64,000 bases of DNA from Heptranchias perlo (taxonomy: Eukaryota), in NCBI RefSeq assembly GCF_035084215.1, contig NC_090327.1, positions 44,268,001 to 44,332,000 of the forward strand, in the 5' to 3' direction. The first letter of the stretch is position 1; each line of letters begins with the position of its first letter. The notes beneath the pieces are model-generated. The model had not been told where the DNA came from, did not search any database, and saw only the letters and a list, made by a program, of their open reading frames with translations. A program made the translations under genes and the position numbers. Below are positions 36,642 through 48,740 of this stretch, in pieces.

Positions 36642-38500
36642 GGGGGGTAATTTTCACCCCCAAGAACGGGTGGGTTGGGGGAGGGTGGGAAGTTAAATAG
36701 CAGCTTTTTGGAGCAGGACCGCATCCCGGCTCCAATGCGCCAGCTTCCGGGTTTAACCCAGGCGTGTTAGGATGCACGCGCACAACAGAAACCCAGAAGT
36801 CCCGTCCATACTTAAGGCCGGTGGGCCGATATTTAAAGGACCAAGTTAGGTAGTTGAAACACTTTAGGTTTTTAACATTTTGCGGATTCTGCACCAGAAA
36901 CGGATTTAACTTCTCCTGAACGTGTCTCCTGTGGCTTCTGCATGACTGTATGTTCTGTGACGGTGCATGGCTGTATGTTCTGTGACAGTGCATGGCTGCA
37001 TGTTCTGTGACGGTGCATGGCTGTATGTTCTGTGGCGGTGCATGGCTGTACGTTCTGTGACGGTGCATGGCTGTACGTTCTGTGACGGCGCATGGCTGTA
37101 CGTTCTGTGACGGCGCATGGCTGTACGTTCTGTGACGGCGCATGGCTGTACGTTCTGTGACGGTGCATGGCTGTACGTTCTGTGACGGTGCATGGCTGTA
37201 CGTTCTGTGACGGCGCATGGCTGTACGTTCTGTGACGGCGCATGGCTGTACGTTCTGTGACGGTGCATGGCTGTACGTTCTGTGACGGCGCATGGCTGTA
37301 CGTTCTGTGATGGTGCCCCTTCGGAAGAAATGAGCTCTTCTGAGGAATCACTTTCTTCCAATTTCTGCTGATTCCTCATGAAGATGTGAAGACCTTGGAA
37401 GACAAAAGAAAGCGATATTAATGATTCATATGACCATACTGAGGTCTGGCACAGTTACATCATTCATAAAATCAATTCATCATGTGCGTGAAAGATGTTA
37501 AAGTTCAGTCACCAGCCATCTGTGGGTTGCCAGTCTCTCCATCTCCGATGGATAGGCATGCGACAGTCTGATTTATTTCCATGGTCTCCTCTTCCGCATC
37601 TGTCACCTCCACTATGTGGTGGGCCACCTCCAGTTCTGCTCCTCTCCTTTGCGTTTTGCACTCTCTTCTCCTACAAGGTGAGAAAGAACAGACCTGTGAG
37701 TGACTGAAGGTTTCGTATTCACCTTATGAATGCATTGCTTTGGGTGAGGCTGACCATGAAAGAGATGTATCAGAGGGTGATTATCGGACAGATACATCAC
37801 ATTGCATCAGGATTGGGGTGAGTGACAGTGGTAGGTGAATAAATAGGCAGTTGATGGGGAAGTGCATAGATAGTGAAGGATGGTTACTGCTGCTGATACT
37901 TAAGTGGGTGTGAGGAGTTATGTGATGGGGTAGGCGTGCCAACATAGAGTGATGGGGAGGAGGATGGGGTGGGATGGGGGTTGTTGAACAACACAGGATG
38001 TGGGTGAATCATCAAATGTACTCACTTTTCCTGACATGGTGAGGTCATTAAAATGCTTCATGCACTGAACCCAAGACCTGGGCACATTGCTCCTGCTGCT
38101 CACCTCTTCTGCCACCTCCAGCCATGCATTTTTAGTTACAGTGCCAAATTTCTTCCTGCCATCCATTGGAAACATTATCTCCTTCCTGGCTCTCACCAGC
38201 AGTACATCCAGGAAGGCATCATTAAATCTAGGGACAGCCTTTGTTTTCCTGGACTCCACTTCTTCTTTCTCCTTCAAAATCCATTCTTGGACTGGCCCTT
38301 TAAATAGTGGGCTTTAAATCACGGCATTGGGGTGTGTAATAGGCCCACTGTACAGCTTGGAGATGCAAAACCCGGAAGCGAAGGTAATTGACTGCAATGA
38401 TCACAGGTTTAAACGTGCTCACTTTTCCTCCAGGTTCCCATGCACAAATCCACCGACCTGCTGACTTCCTGCCACCATGCCCTAATAGTGAGATTCCTAC
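36642..38500 (-). mobile_element. Non-autonomous Harbinger derivative H3: transposase-side terminus, minisatellite, then 5' part of the Myb-like gene (exons ~38262-38026, 37670-37513, 37393 onward)
   Basis: KAVPRFNDAFL...KNAWLEVAEEVSSRSNVPRSWVQCMKHFNDL; RTGGGPP; left ~300 bp similar to 7304-7600; right end approximate. Confidence 0.85.
36941..37315. repeat. Minisatellite, 15 copies of 25 bp (CATGGCTGTACGTTCTGTGACGGYG)
   Basis: Counted directly; exact 25-bp period and no spacers. Confidence 0.98.
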
Positions 38501-38689
38501 ATTGTCAGGCCACTGCTGAAATTTTTCTCTTGTTTATTTTCCTGATTGCTACCAAAGCTTTTTAGAAAATCTTTGTGGCAGGTCCTGTGATTTTTCCTTC
38601 TTTCTATTCCTGCTGCTTTAGTGCCACAAATGCTTTTCCTCTGTGAATTTCCCAATATCTCTGCTTTTCACAGGAAGAGGAGAAACAAC

Positions 38690-39660
38690 AGAGGGATATC
38701 AGACTTGTCAGGCTATACCACAGGCGCTCTGAACTCCCCTGTCAGTATCCCCACTCTAGAATATACAGGTAGAACTCCCAAACCTCCACTTGTTTGAGGA
38801 GCAGTGTCTTTGGAGGTTTCGATTTATTAGGGAAGCCATTCCAAATGCTGCAAGCAGACCTGCAGCGAAATTTGGCCACAGGCCACACCTGTAGCTGTAA
38901 AAGTCACAATCATACTGAATTTAATGCATCAGCACTGTTTTAAGCTGCTATTGAGGATATCACGTATATAGGCCAATCAGCTGTGCAAATATATGTGACA
39001 GCAATATTGGAGGGCGGTGGAATTTTACAGAATGGCAGGCTTCCCAAAGGTACAGATGGTTATAGATTGCCCCTACATAGTTCTATGTATTCTCTTATTC
39101 AGTGCCGCTACCTACACGAATGCTCAGCTCGTTTACAACTATCAACAACATATTATCCAAGTAAATACTCACTTTTCAAGCAGCTGTCACAATCCTGGAA
39201 ACATTCAGCAGGTCAGGCAGTATCTGTGGAGAGAGAAACGGAGTTAATGTTTCAGGTCGTTAACTCTGTTCCTTTCTCCATAGGTGCTGCCTGACCTGCT
39301 GAGTATTTCCAGCAGTTTTTGTTTTCATTTCAGATCTTCAACATCCGCAGTATTTTGTTTTAGCTGTCACAATGCCTTCATTTTCTGGCTGCCCCCGTCT
39401 TACCGACATTTGGCCCAGTAAAGCACGTCTCCAAGTGGCTCCTGGAAGAGAAAGGCTATCCTCTGCATCCATGCCCCATGATATCTCCGTAGCATCCCAG
39501 GATATCAACTGAACACAAATATAACGAGGTGCATATCTCCATGAGACATATTGAAACAATCCTTCAGGTGTCTGGATTGATTTGGGGGTGCCTTTGCAAG
39601 AGTTTCAAGGATTGTTGCTGGCTGCTGCATGCTATATAACTTTGTGCTGCAAAGAGGTAT
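38690..39660 (+). pseudogene. Old Harbinger transposase relic
   Basis: PVAVKVT, FYRMAGFPKVQMVIDC, FRCLD and CCMLYN-like remnants. Confidence 0.75.
39195..39362. repeat. Palindromic insertion (55-bp arms, 8-nt loop), probably Penelope-like-element derived
   Basis: 39195-39249 versus 39258-39312 complementary at 46/55; family assignment is from recollection only. Confidence 0.75.
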
Positions 39661-39789
39661 TGCTACAAAGGCTGTGGAGAAGGAAAGGCCCCAAGTGTAG
39701 GAAAGGGACTACCAAAAGGAGCCGGATCAGCATGAAGTGGCAGTGGAAGAAAACTCTTTGATGTTCTAAGATAAATTCTTGTATCTATC

Positions 39790-40070
39790 TTACTATAACA
39801 AGAGCTTGAACTTAGTGCCTTTAATGTAGAAAATGCCCCAGGGTACTTCACTGATGGGCATTGGGAATGGATGCCATCAGGAACAGAGAGATTAGTTGAT
39901 AAAGTGGAAAGCTTGGCTGAAGGGGTGAGAAGACTTTTAAAGGTGGAGAAAGGAAGAGGTCTAGGGAGAGAATTCCAGACTGCAGATCACTGTGATGAAG
40001 GCTTTCCCATCAAATGGTGGGATGAAGGAGTGGGGGAAATGAATAGAAGGCCAGAGAAGACCTTCTGTTA
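39790..40070 (-). mobile_element. Degraded L2 3' fragment
   Basis: Resembles the reverse complement of 58740-59010. Confidence 0.55.
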
Positions 40071-40284
40071 ACTTGCATGTATGGTCACTGCGTTAACAGA
40101 CCCTCTACTTCATGTACTTGACCCTTGTGACTGCAACTACTGTGCCTTCCCTTTTTTAATGCAATTCACAAATCTGCCACCTGATGAAACCCATTTCCAA
40201 ACCTTTGCGAGAACACTCTTTGTACAAGCAACCACTTTATATATTTAATATCCGAATAATGATTGTATGTGTGTCTATTGTTTT

Positions 40285-40955
40285 AAGAGCATAAGAACAT
40301 AAGAAATAGGAGCAGGACTAGGCCATACAGCCCCTCGAGCCTGCTCTGCCATTCAATAAGATCATGGCTGATCTTCAACCTCAACTCCACTTTCCCATAT
40401 CCCTTGATTCCCCTAGAGTCCAAAAATCTATCTAGCTCAGCCTTGAACATATTCAATGTCTCAGTATCCACAGCCCTCTGGGGTAGAGAATTCCAAAGAG
40501 TCACAACCCTCTGAGTGAAGAATTTTTGCTCATCTCAATCTTAAATGGCTGACCCCTTATCCTGAGACTATGCCCCCTAATTCTAAACTCTCGGAAACAA
40601 CCTCTCAGCATCTATCCTGTCAAGCCCTCTCAGAATCTTGTATGTTTCAACAAGATCACCTCTCATTCTTCTAAACTCCAGCGAGTATAGGCCCATTCTA
40701 CTCAATCTCTCCTCATAGGACAATCCTCTCATCCCAGCAATCAATCTAGTGAACCTCCATTGCATCACCTCTAAGGCAAGTATATCCTTCATTAGATAAG
40801 GAGACCAAAACTGTACCCAGTACTCCAGGTGAGGTCTCACCAAAGCCCTGGACAATTGTAATAAGACTTCCTTACTCTTCTACTCCAACTCCCTTGCAAT
40901 AAAGGCCAACATGCCATTTACCTTCCTAACTGCTTGCTGTACCTGCATGCTAACT
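40285..40955 (-). mobile_element. 5'-truncated CR1 LINE
   Basis: ALVRPHLEYWVQFWSPY; (CATAAGAA)n tail; very similar to 11800-12490. Confidence 0.93.
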
Positions 40956-41049
40956 ACAACAGTGGTTCCCTATAGTGACGATGTGTGAATTATGTCCTCT
41001 TAACACCAACCTGCTGCTTTGTCTAGGTTCTACCTTAGTAGCAAGGATG

Positions 41050-42975
41050 TATGAAGTAGTTGGCTGCTGTGTGTCAATAGAAGAGTTCTGGGATTAAGAT
41101 GGCCCTCACGTAACAGCAGCTGAGTTCTTAGATGTACCTGCTGTAGGCTGCGGCGCCTCCTTTATTGTATGAGCTGCCTGGGTCTGCATGCTTCCTATGA
41201 TCTTTGCAATCATAGGTAGGGGCCAATAGGAATGTCTGGACCTGTTGCCTTCCTGAGAGACAGCACTATCATCCATTCCCATTCCTGCCATGCTCTTGCT
41301 ACTGCACACTGCCTCACCATGCCTACTGTTCTGTGTGTCACCAAACCTAATAGCACCAATGATATCTGTGAATCCCTAACTCAGGGTTCTCTCTCACAGA
41401 TTCCCAAGTCTATTGAAGGTGGAAAAGGTAGCCTGCTCCATTTTGAAACCTCAGGTCTCAATGATGGCATTTATGGGAGTAACTCAGACTTCCTTTAGGG
41501 ATTTTGGCACGGGGGCTCCACTGTAGATATCCCTGGAGTTATCACATGTGCCATGTGAACTATAGTCCTGCTAAGCTGTCCTGCATGGTACTGTAGCCAC
41601 CTGAGCCACCATCTGCAGCACACTGTTTGGCATAGTTCACAATGCCCGCACTAAGGCTTGGTACTCAGAAAGCATTTGTCTTTTAAAAAGAGTCTGTGAA
41701 ATCTAGATCCCTATGATCATTAGCCAAAGCGTGACGCAACCTGTCTCTCTAAATGGCAAGTTCCTCCTCCTCCTATGCCACCACCAGCTGTTGTTGCTCA
41801 CTCATGTGTGTCTGAGCCGGTGCACTCCATTCTAGCTCGCTCTCTAAATCCCATTGGAAGGATATATCCAGGCTTGTGTTTGGGAGGAAAAGAGTGAATG
41901 AGGCTGTGTGATGTGAAATGCTGACATGGCCAGGTGTGTTGGGGCCTGGCTCATCGCCATCTGGAACATCTAGAGTAGAATGAAGAAGACAGGTTATAAT
42001 GGTGTCCTGGTGAGCAGTCTTTGCATACTTCACAATCTTCTTTCAGAAGAAAGTGTGATATGTTAAAGGGCTTCAATGTATGCTTTATTGGCAGCTATTA
42101 AATGAAAGAATAGGAAGAGTAGCAGCAGTTGGTCCCAATTTTTGAGCTGGTGGCTCTTCTCCTACTTCCCATCTCTGACACTTTCTATGGCCTCTCTTCC
42201 AAGGATTTAGAGGGTGTGTTCCTCATACTGGGTAAAAGGTCTAAAGTTTGGAAGTGCATCACCTATCATTGATCTCTCAAACCTGTTACGGGCTGTCTTC
42301 TTATTTAAGATGATGCAAGAAAGGAGTTGTTGAAATGAAGATGACGTGATAATACTCAAGTGTCAGCTTGGACCCCATAGTAGGTGTATTGACTTGTAGA
42401 TTAGATGGAAGGATTCTTTTGGGCTCAATGCATGCAGGTACGTGAGTGAAGGAACATTTACATGTGAAAGCTAGGAGTGTAAAGGGCACCGCACCACCTT
42501 TTGGGCATTCATGGTAAGGGTTATTAAGCACTTTAAGATTGTGTGAGAGGAGGTCATTATAAATGTCATTCACACTTGGAATTTTTCCTTGCATTCCTTC
42601 GATGTGCGCAGTGTTGTGGAGGTGGCATTCACACTGAATGCAATCTCGTCCCATCATCCCCGTGCTGCTATTCTTCGAGGCTTCCCACTAACTACCGGGA
42701 GAAGTGACTACCTACTCTGCCTCACTTCTTCCGAAACAATCTACTGCCTCATCAAAAAAACAAGCTGATCCGTGGCTTACATGACTGTTTGGACACAAAA
42801 GCTGGCTTGCTTTCCCAGTTTGAAAGTTTTGGATGCCTGCGTCTTTAAGCTGCTAAAAGCCTTTAAATCCTGCAGCAGCATGACATTTCCCTACCCTTCA
42901 ATGGCCGAACCCCCAATCAGAGGCATTTCCCAACCCAGGAACTTGTCTGCCGTTAGACAGACCCTGAAAATTAGC
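41050..42975 (-). mobile_element. Very degraded Harbinger Myb-side relic
   Basis: Patchy similarity to H1 Myb exons (for example GCTCACTCATGTGTG at ~41797), CCTTTAAAT box at ~42860, TIR-like CTGAAAATTAGC at ~42964. Confidence 0.4.
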
Positions 42976-43211
42976 ATGAGGTCAGCACATTACAAGTCGA
43001 TGCCATTGGTTCCTGTTGAAGGAATAAGTTAAATTCTACCTTTATTATGTAGAGTTCTAGGAATTTTATCAGTGTTTTGGAGCTAGCATTCCATGATTCT
43101 GTTCTTTTCCAGAAAAACAGAGAATAAGTAGCCTTGGTCATTGTCAGCTTCATTTCAGTAATGTAGCTGACCAATGAAAATATAATCATGTATTTCTTAT
43201 ACTACATCGAC

Positions 43212-43910
43212 TAACAGCTTGCATTTATATTTGTTCTAAGGCTGTTCACAGAGGTATGTGGAAAATGGAGGCTGAGCCAGGGAGAAATTAAAAGATGTGA
43301 CTGAATGTTGGTCAATGAGATGAATTTAAGGAGTTTCCTAAAGATGGCGAGAGAGCTGAAGAGCAGAGCGAGTACCAGAGAGTGGGAGTCTGAAGGTCCT
43401 GCTGCCAGTGGTGGGATGAAGGGAGATGAGGGTGCACAAGAAGCCAGATTCAGAGGAACAGAGAGTTTGGGAGGGATGTAGGGCTGATAAAGGTTATGGA
43501 AATAAGGAAGGTCAAGATCCCAGAGGAATTTAAAGACAAGGACAAGGATCTTAAATTTGAGGCATTGTGGGATTGGGAGCCATTGTCGTTGAGGATAGTA
43601 GTGATGGACAAACGGAACTTGGTGAAGTATAGGATACAAGCAGTGAATTTTGGATAAGCTGGAATTTATAGAGGCTGGAAGATAAAGGCCAGCAAAGCAT
43701 TGGAATAGTTGAGTCAGGAGGTGGCAACAATACATATGAAGGTTTCAGTGACAGAGGGACTAAGGTGGGGGCGGAGAGAGACATTGTTGTGGAAGTGGAA
43801 TTAGGCGGTGTTTGCGATAGAGAGGATTTGAAGTCTGAAGTACAGTTCAGGGTCAAACAGGATATTGAGGATGTGAGCAGCCTGGTTCAGCTTGAGACGG
43901 GGATGGAACT
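43212..43910 (-). mobile_element. L2 LINE 3' fragment
   Basis: QWLPIPQCLKFKILVLVFK and LYKFQLIQNS peptides; ATAAATGCAAG tail. Confidence 0.8.
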
Positions 43911-44773
43911 ACATGGATTGGAATGAGTTTGTGTCATGGGCTGATGGTACCTGCCAGCTGGTATGCATATCTGAAATAAAATACCCTGTGCTGTAGAGTA
44001 ATGCTAGAGTAATGTCTGAGTGCATTGAAACAATGTCATGTCACAGACTTGGAGGAAAAGGCTAGAATTCTAGCCTCAGCTGATATTTACACTAATTTCT
44101 GTTCCCTCTTTCTCCTATTTTTAGCAGTGTGAATATTGAGCAGAGGAAATTTGATTGGACTATTGGCAGAGAAGGAAGGGTGAAAGGACAGAGTGAAATT
44201 TTATAGTGATTATATATGAATTGTATCACTATAGACCACCAAATCAGCATAAGAGCGAGGACAATTTACTCCATGAAGAGACAGGAATGGTATGAGAGAA
44301 CAGGAAAATTTTAATGGGAGATTTCAATCAACCTAATATAAACTAAGAAAACCCAAAATAGTTTGGAGTCAAAGTTGGTAGAAGTAGTGTTTGACTGTTT
44401 TTTGACCCGAAGAGACAAGGAAGCCACAAGAGGCAATGTTTATAGCATTGATAAAAGACCCAGAAAATGTACACAGGATGCAAGTCATAGCAGCCCTGGA
44501 GGACAGTGACCATGGGGCCTGATATTAGGAGGGAGGCGGGTTGGCAGCGGGGGGTCGACTGGGCTCGTGGGTAACGCGCCCAGTGAATTCAGGGTGCTCT
44601 GCACGCGATCGCAGCCTAATTGAAGGCACTTACCATGGCTTCCGGGTTTCCCATTCCAGACCTGCGCAGCAGGCGCACTGCGCACCCGCATCACGGGCTG
44701 TCAGCAGGAGGAGCCCTATTTAAAGGGGCAGTCCTGCAATGCTCCTCCTGCAGCAAAGAACCAATTTTGGATC

Positions 44774-46577
44774 ATGGAAATGGCCAGAGGCAAGGCTGCT
44801 CCAAGGTTCTCTGACTCCTCATTCCAGATGCTGCTCAATGGGGTGAGGAGGAGGAAGGAATTTTTTTTTCCATCGGATGGGAGGAGGTGTCCTCCCTCCA
44901 CCACCAAGAAGGCCTGGCTGGAGGTGGCCGAGGAAGTCAGCAGCAGCGACAATGTGTGTCGAACCTGGGTCCAGTGCAGGAAGCGCTTTAATGACTTAAC
45001 CAGGTCAGCCAAAGTGAGTATATTTACGCATTCTCCCACACACTGTCTTCCACAACACCTCCACCACCACACAACTCCTTCTGCACTGCCACCACAACGC
45101 TCTCGCATCGCTCCTCACATCCACTCAACCATCATCCTCACCTTGCCTGCACTTACTCACCGCCCCAGTTCCCATTCGAACACAACCCAATCCTCATATA
45201 ATCTCATGGCTATGTCTCACATGCACCCTCCCATGCATCTCCCTCACCCCCACCCACACCAATGCATGCAGTGGGTCACCATGCAACCATCACTCAATCA
45301 CGCCTCTGGGTTTTGCCTTGATAGGAGAAGAGATGCCAGAATGCCTGGGAGAAGGCAAGGACCGGAGGGGGCCCGCCACACCAGGTGGTCTTAGCAGATG
45401 CGGAGCAGCAGGCACTCGAAATAAGCCAGACGTTGGAGTGCCTGTCCGTGGCGGACGCCAAGACTGGGAATGCACAAGCGGCTGGTGACAAAAATCTAAC
45501 ACTCAACACTCATGATAGCGAATGATCTTAGCAGCACTTGGCATCTGTCCACATACTTAATATTGCTTTCTGTTCTCTTGCAGGGCCATCTGCGAGCGCC
45601 GTGACAGCGGAGGGCGATTCCTCAGAGGACCTGCCAGCTATCTACCAGTGCAGATACACACACCTCGGTGGGTCCCCGTCCTCACTTAGTTGGGCTTGCA
45701 TATCATGAGTCACACGCACATGTGAGCACGAGCAGACCGTGGTGGCAGGGGCAGCCATGGAGAGTCCGCGTCAGTGGGAGCACTCTTCTCCAGGCTCTGC
45801 TCAGCTGGACCCAGATGCTAAACCCAGGGCCAGCCATGAAAAGCAGAGTCATCGAGGGACAGCAGCACATTGCCAAGGTACTGGAACAGTTTCCACGCGC
45901 ACTCTCCACAATCGCACAGAGGATGGAGGAGTCCAACTCCTGCATGAGTGGAATGGTGGCACAGGTACAGGAGGGTATCTCCGAGATAGTGTCACAGGGA
46001 CGTGAAGGCATCTCTGAGATAGTGTCGCGGGTAGGTGCAGGAATGTCTGCGATGGAGGAAAGGCTAGCCTCCATCGAACTTCAAGCACGGCTCAACAATG
46101 AGTCCATTCAGGCCCTGACAATGGCCATTCGGATTCAGGGTGAGCAACATTCTGCTGCCCTAAACAGGCTAACAGATACATTACAACTGGCCTTCCAAGG
46201 CTTCACACAAGTCCTCCAAACTGTCGTCCAGCAGGGTGGAAGGAGTGATGTGGGCCTGGGCCAGGAGAGAATGATGGTGAAAGGGGACATGGAAGTGAGG
46301 ACGCCACTCAAAGCACTTCCACGTTTCACCCGTTGCCCCCTCTCAACCAGTACCCACAATGCTGCCCCCTCTCCAGGTGGCCGAGTCTGCCCCTACACAG
46401 GTGCAGGTGGAGCAGTCTTTGGAGAGGCCCTCATGGGCACCGAAACCCAGAGGGCGTCCGCGCAAAATATCTCATCAGTCAGGGCATGGACAAGAGCAAC
46501 CTGCCACTATCTCTGCTGAAGCCACAGGGGTAGGACCACGTAGGGGTTCCCGTAAACGTAAGGTGAAGGTTTTGTGA
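44774..46577 (+). pseudogene. Myb/SANT-like gene of H2 (exons 44774-45013, 45325-45484, 45584-46577); exons 1-2 intact, exon 3 frameshifted
   Basis: MEMARGKAAPRFSDSS...RTWVQCRKRFNDLTRSAK|EKRCQNAWEKARTGGGPP; C-terminal basic tail RRGSRKRKVKVL. Confidence 0.9.
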
Positions 46578-46807
46578 GCACAAAGGGGATGCACAAGGGT
46601 GTAAGACAAAATGTCATGTTTTTGATTTACTTTTGTTTGTTTTGCAAAAAAACATAAAAATTTGTTATCACCACTACTGCCACATCTTTGCAAATCTTGT
46701 CTGGTTTATGCAATAATGCCCTTTCCTGAGAATCACAATGAAGACCCACAACTGACGCCACCCATTATGTCACTGCAGAGTGGGTGTAGGTGTATTTGCA
46801 GGGCTCT

Positions 46808-47246
46808 TTTGTGCAGACGACTGAGAGACGCCGGTGATGTCCCCAGTGGCACCCTGGAAGGATGTGGAGGAGAAGTTGTGGAGGGCAGTGGTGACTTTGA
46901 CAGCGACAGGTAAGAAGATGGTGCTCTGGCCAGCCGGGAGCAGCTCGGCATGAAGGAGGCTGCAGATGTCCATGACTACATGTCGAGTGACTCTGAGCCT
47001 CCATGTGCACTGCTGCTCAGAGAAGTCCAGGAAGCTGAGCCTCGGTCTGTAGACCCTATGGCGAGGGAAGTGCCTTCTGCGACGCATCTCTCTCCGCGGT
47101 TGCCCTCCCTCCTGCTGTGCAGGTGGATGTGTCACAGCACTGTGTTGTGGAGCTCTATGTGTCAGAGGTGGACGGCGTGGCCGGCGAGGCTGGTGATGCT
47201 GTTCGTCCTCCGAGGAGGTCATGACTGCAGCTATGGCAGCCCCCAT
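46808..47246 (-). pseudogene. N-terminal part of H2 transposase
   Basis: MGAAIAAVMTSSEDEQ...RVYRPRLSFLD...LPVAVKVTTALHNFSSTSFQGATGDI, then a jump to 3'UTR sequence. Confidence 0.88.
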
Positions 47247-48096
47247 CTGGAAGATGTACATTTGAGGGGGTCCGCAAGGTAGGTAAATGTGTCTGGACAC
47301 TGGGGTTGAGGTTGCAAGTTTGTGATTTTTTGTGTTAGGAGGAGGGTGGTGGAGGCCAAACTTTGTCCAAAGTGACAGAGTGGCCTCCTGCAATGAGTCT
47401 TCCCCCCCCCCCCACACCTGTCAAATGGACCTTTGCAACTGCCACAGGCTGGTGGCTGCAACACGTCCATTTCAACTGGGAGTGTTTCCCCCAGTACGGT
47501 TGACCTGAAAATCCCACCCCTCCTAAAATATCCTACAAATCAGGCATCTGAGCGCATCATTGGGGAACCCGGAAGTGGGCGGGTTGGAGCCGGGCTCCGC
47601 ACCCACCTCGGGAATCCCCAATTTTCGGATCCCCCCCGCCACGAACGCACCCACTGGGACATCGGAAAATCGAGCCCCGTAGAATGATAAAGTTCAACAT
47701 AATCTGGGATTCAGAAATACCTAAGACCAGGGGCTAGATGCATAACTTTTAAAGGGCTAAATTTGATGAAATGAGGGAATAATTAAAGCAAATAGGTTCG
47801 ACAACAATTCAGTGGAAAACAAGTGGAATACCTTTAAAGATATATGCTGATCATGCAGGATAAATACATTCTCAAAATCAACAAGATCAGATTGAACAAA
47901 TGAATTAACAAAAGAATTAACATGAGATTAAGAGGAAAAATGGACTATTTAACTCCTGCAGGGAGAAAGGAGAAGGGGCTCACTGAGATAGTAACATATA
48001 ACAGTTTCAGGCAGGTTAGTCCATTTAGCCCATCTATCCACAGAATTCCCTTGGTGCATTTCTAATTCACCTGAATCCTATTTGTTGACAAGTACA

Positions 48097-48740
48097 TGGC
48101 CTAGAAATTGGTTCGCACCCTACAACCACCGCACCGAAACTGATGAGCAAGAGGATCACGCAAAATTGTCCCTTTAGCATCATCAGGATGCGATTGGCAT
48201 CAGTCATACGTCTTCGTCGCCGGTCATGAAGAAGGCGAACACCAGCCGGTGGGGATGTCAGCACCGTACCTACATTGAGTCCAGGGGGGCAGGAGGAGAT
48301 CAGGAGGGGGGGCAAGCGGTGGCCAGCAGTGGCCCACAGTTTTAATGTGGAGCCAGAAGGACCACTGCTGATCTTCTTGGCTCCACGTTCAGTTAAGCTA
48401 AAATGTTTTACTGACCGTTTTGCTGGGCAGCCTCCAATGGTTCATTTAAAGGCCGTTGAAAATTAACCACAGCAAGCACGGCGACTGCTGTGGCCATTCG
48501 GGACCCAATTTTATAAAGGGGCCTGAAAATAGACATTAGGTCCCCGGTTTGCATACGCAATGAGCCTAAAGCCAGTTTCAGGCAGGAGCCCCTGGGTGAC
48601 TACAGAGCACCCTAACCAGTATGGCATGCAGCGCATACCTGGCATGGAATGAACGTGCGCACACAGCACGCCACATTGGACCTTGCAGCGCCAGTTTTTT
48701 ACCTGAGAAACTGGCGTTGTGCAATCCAATTTCCAGGCCC
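48097..48740. mobile_element. Harbinger-type MITE (~644 bp) inserted in an old minus-strand CR1 3' end (~47990-48850)
   Basis: TIRs TGGCCTAGAAATTGGTTCGCAC / GTGCAATCCAATTTCCAGGCCC (18/22). Confidence 0.78.

Larger units (their letters stand above)
44514..47677 (-). mobile_element. Harbinger H2, same family as H1 in opposite orientation, with transposase catalytic core deleted
   Basis: Ends GGGGCCTGATATT / AAAATCGAGCCC; probable TSD CAT/CGT; colinear with H1. Confidence 0.92.
44110..47990 (+). mobile_element. Old CR1 endonuclease relic split by Harbinger H2
   Basis: YRPP, MGDFNQP and DSDH|RMIKFNI continue across the insertion. Confidence 0.7.

Noticed and set aside
36941-37315. CRISPR-like array
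   Set aside because: Units are head-to-tail with no unique spacers, there are no cas genes, and the context is eukaryotic.
36625-37379. Three overlapping long ORFs as real genes
   Set aside because: They arise from a stop-free 25-bp repeat, and the upstream Myb exon 2 is frameshifted.
40188-40215. Hammerhead ribozyme core (CTGATGA); also at ~12805
   Set aside because: No stem II followed by GAAA could be formed by eye.
42301-42657. Cys/His-rich 118-aa minus-strand ORF as a viral or host gene
   Set aside because: No recognisable motif, in-frame stop shortly upstream, and it lies in a degraded repeat region.
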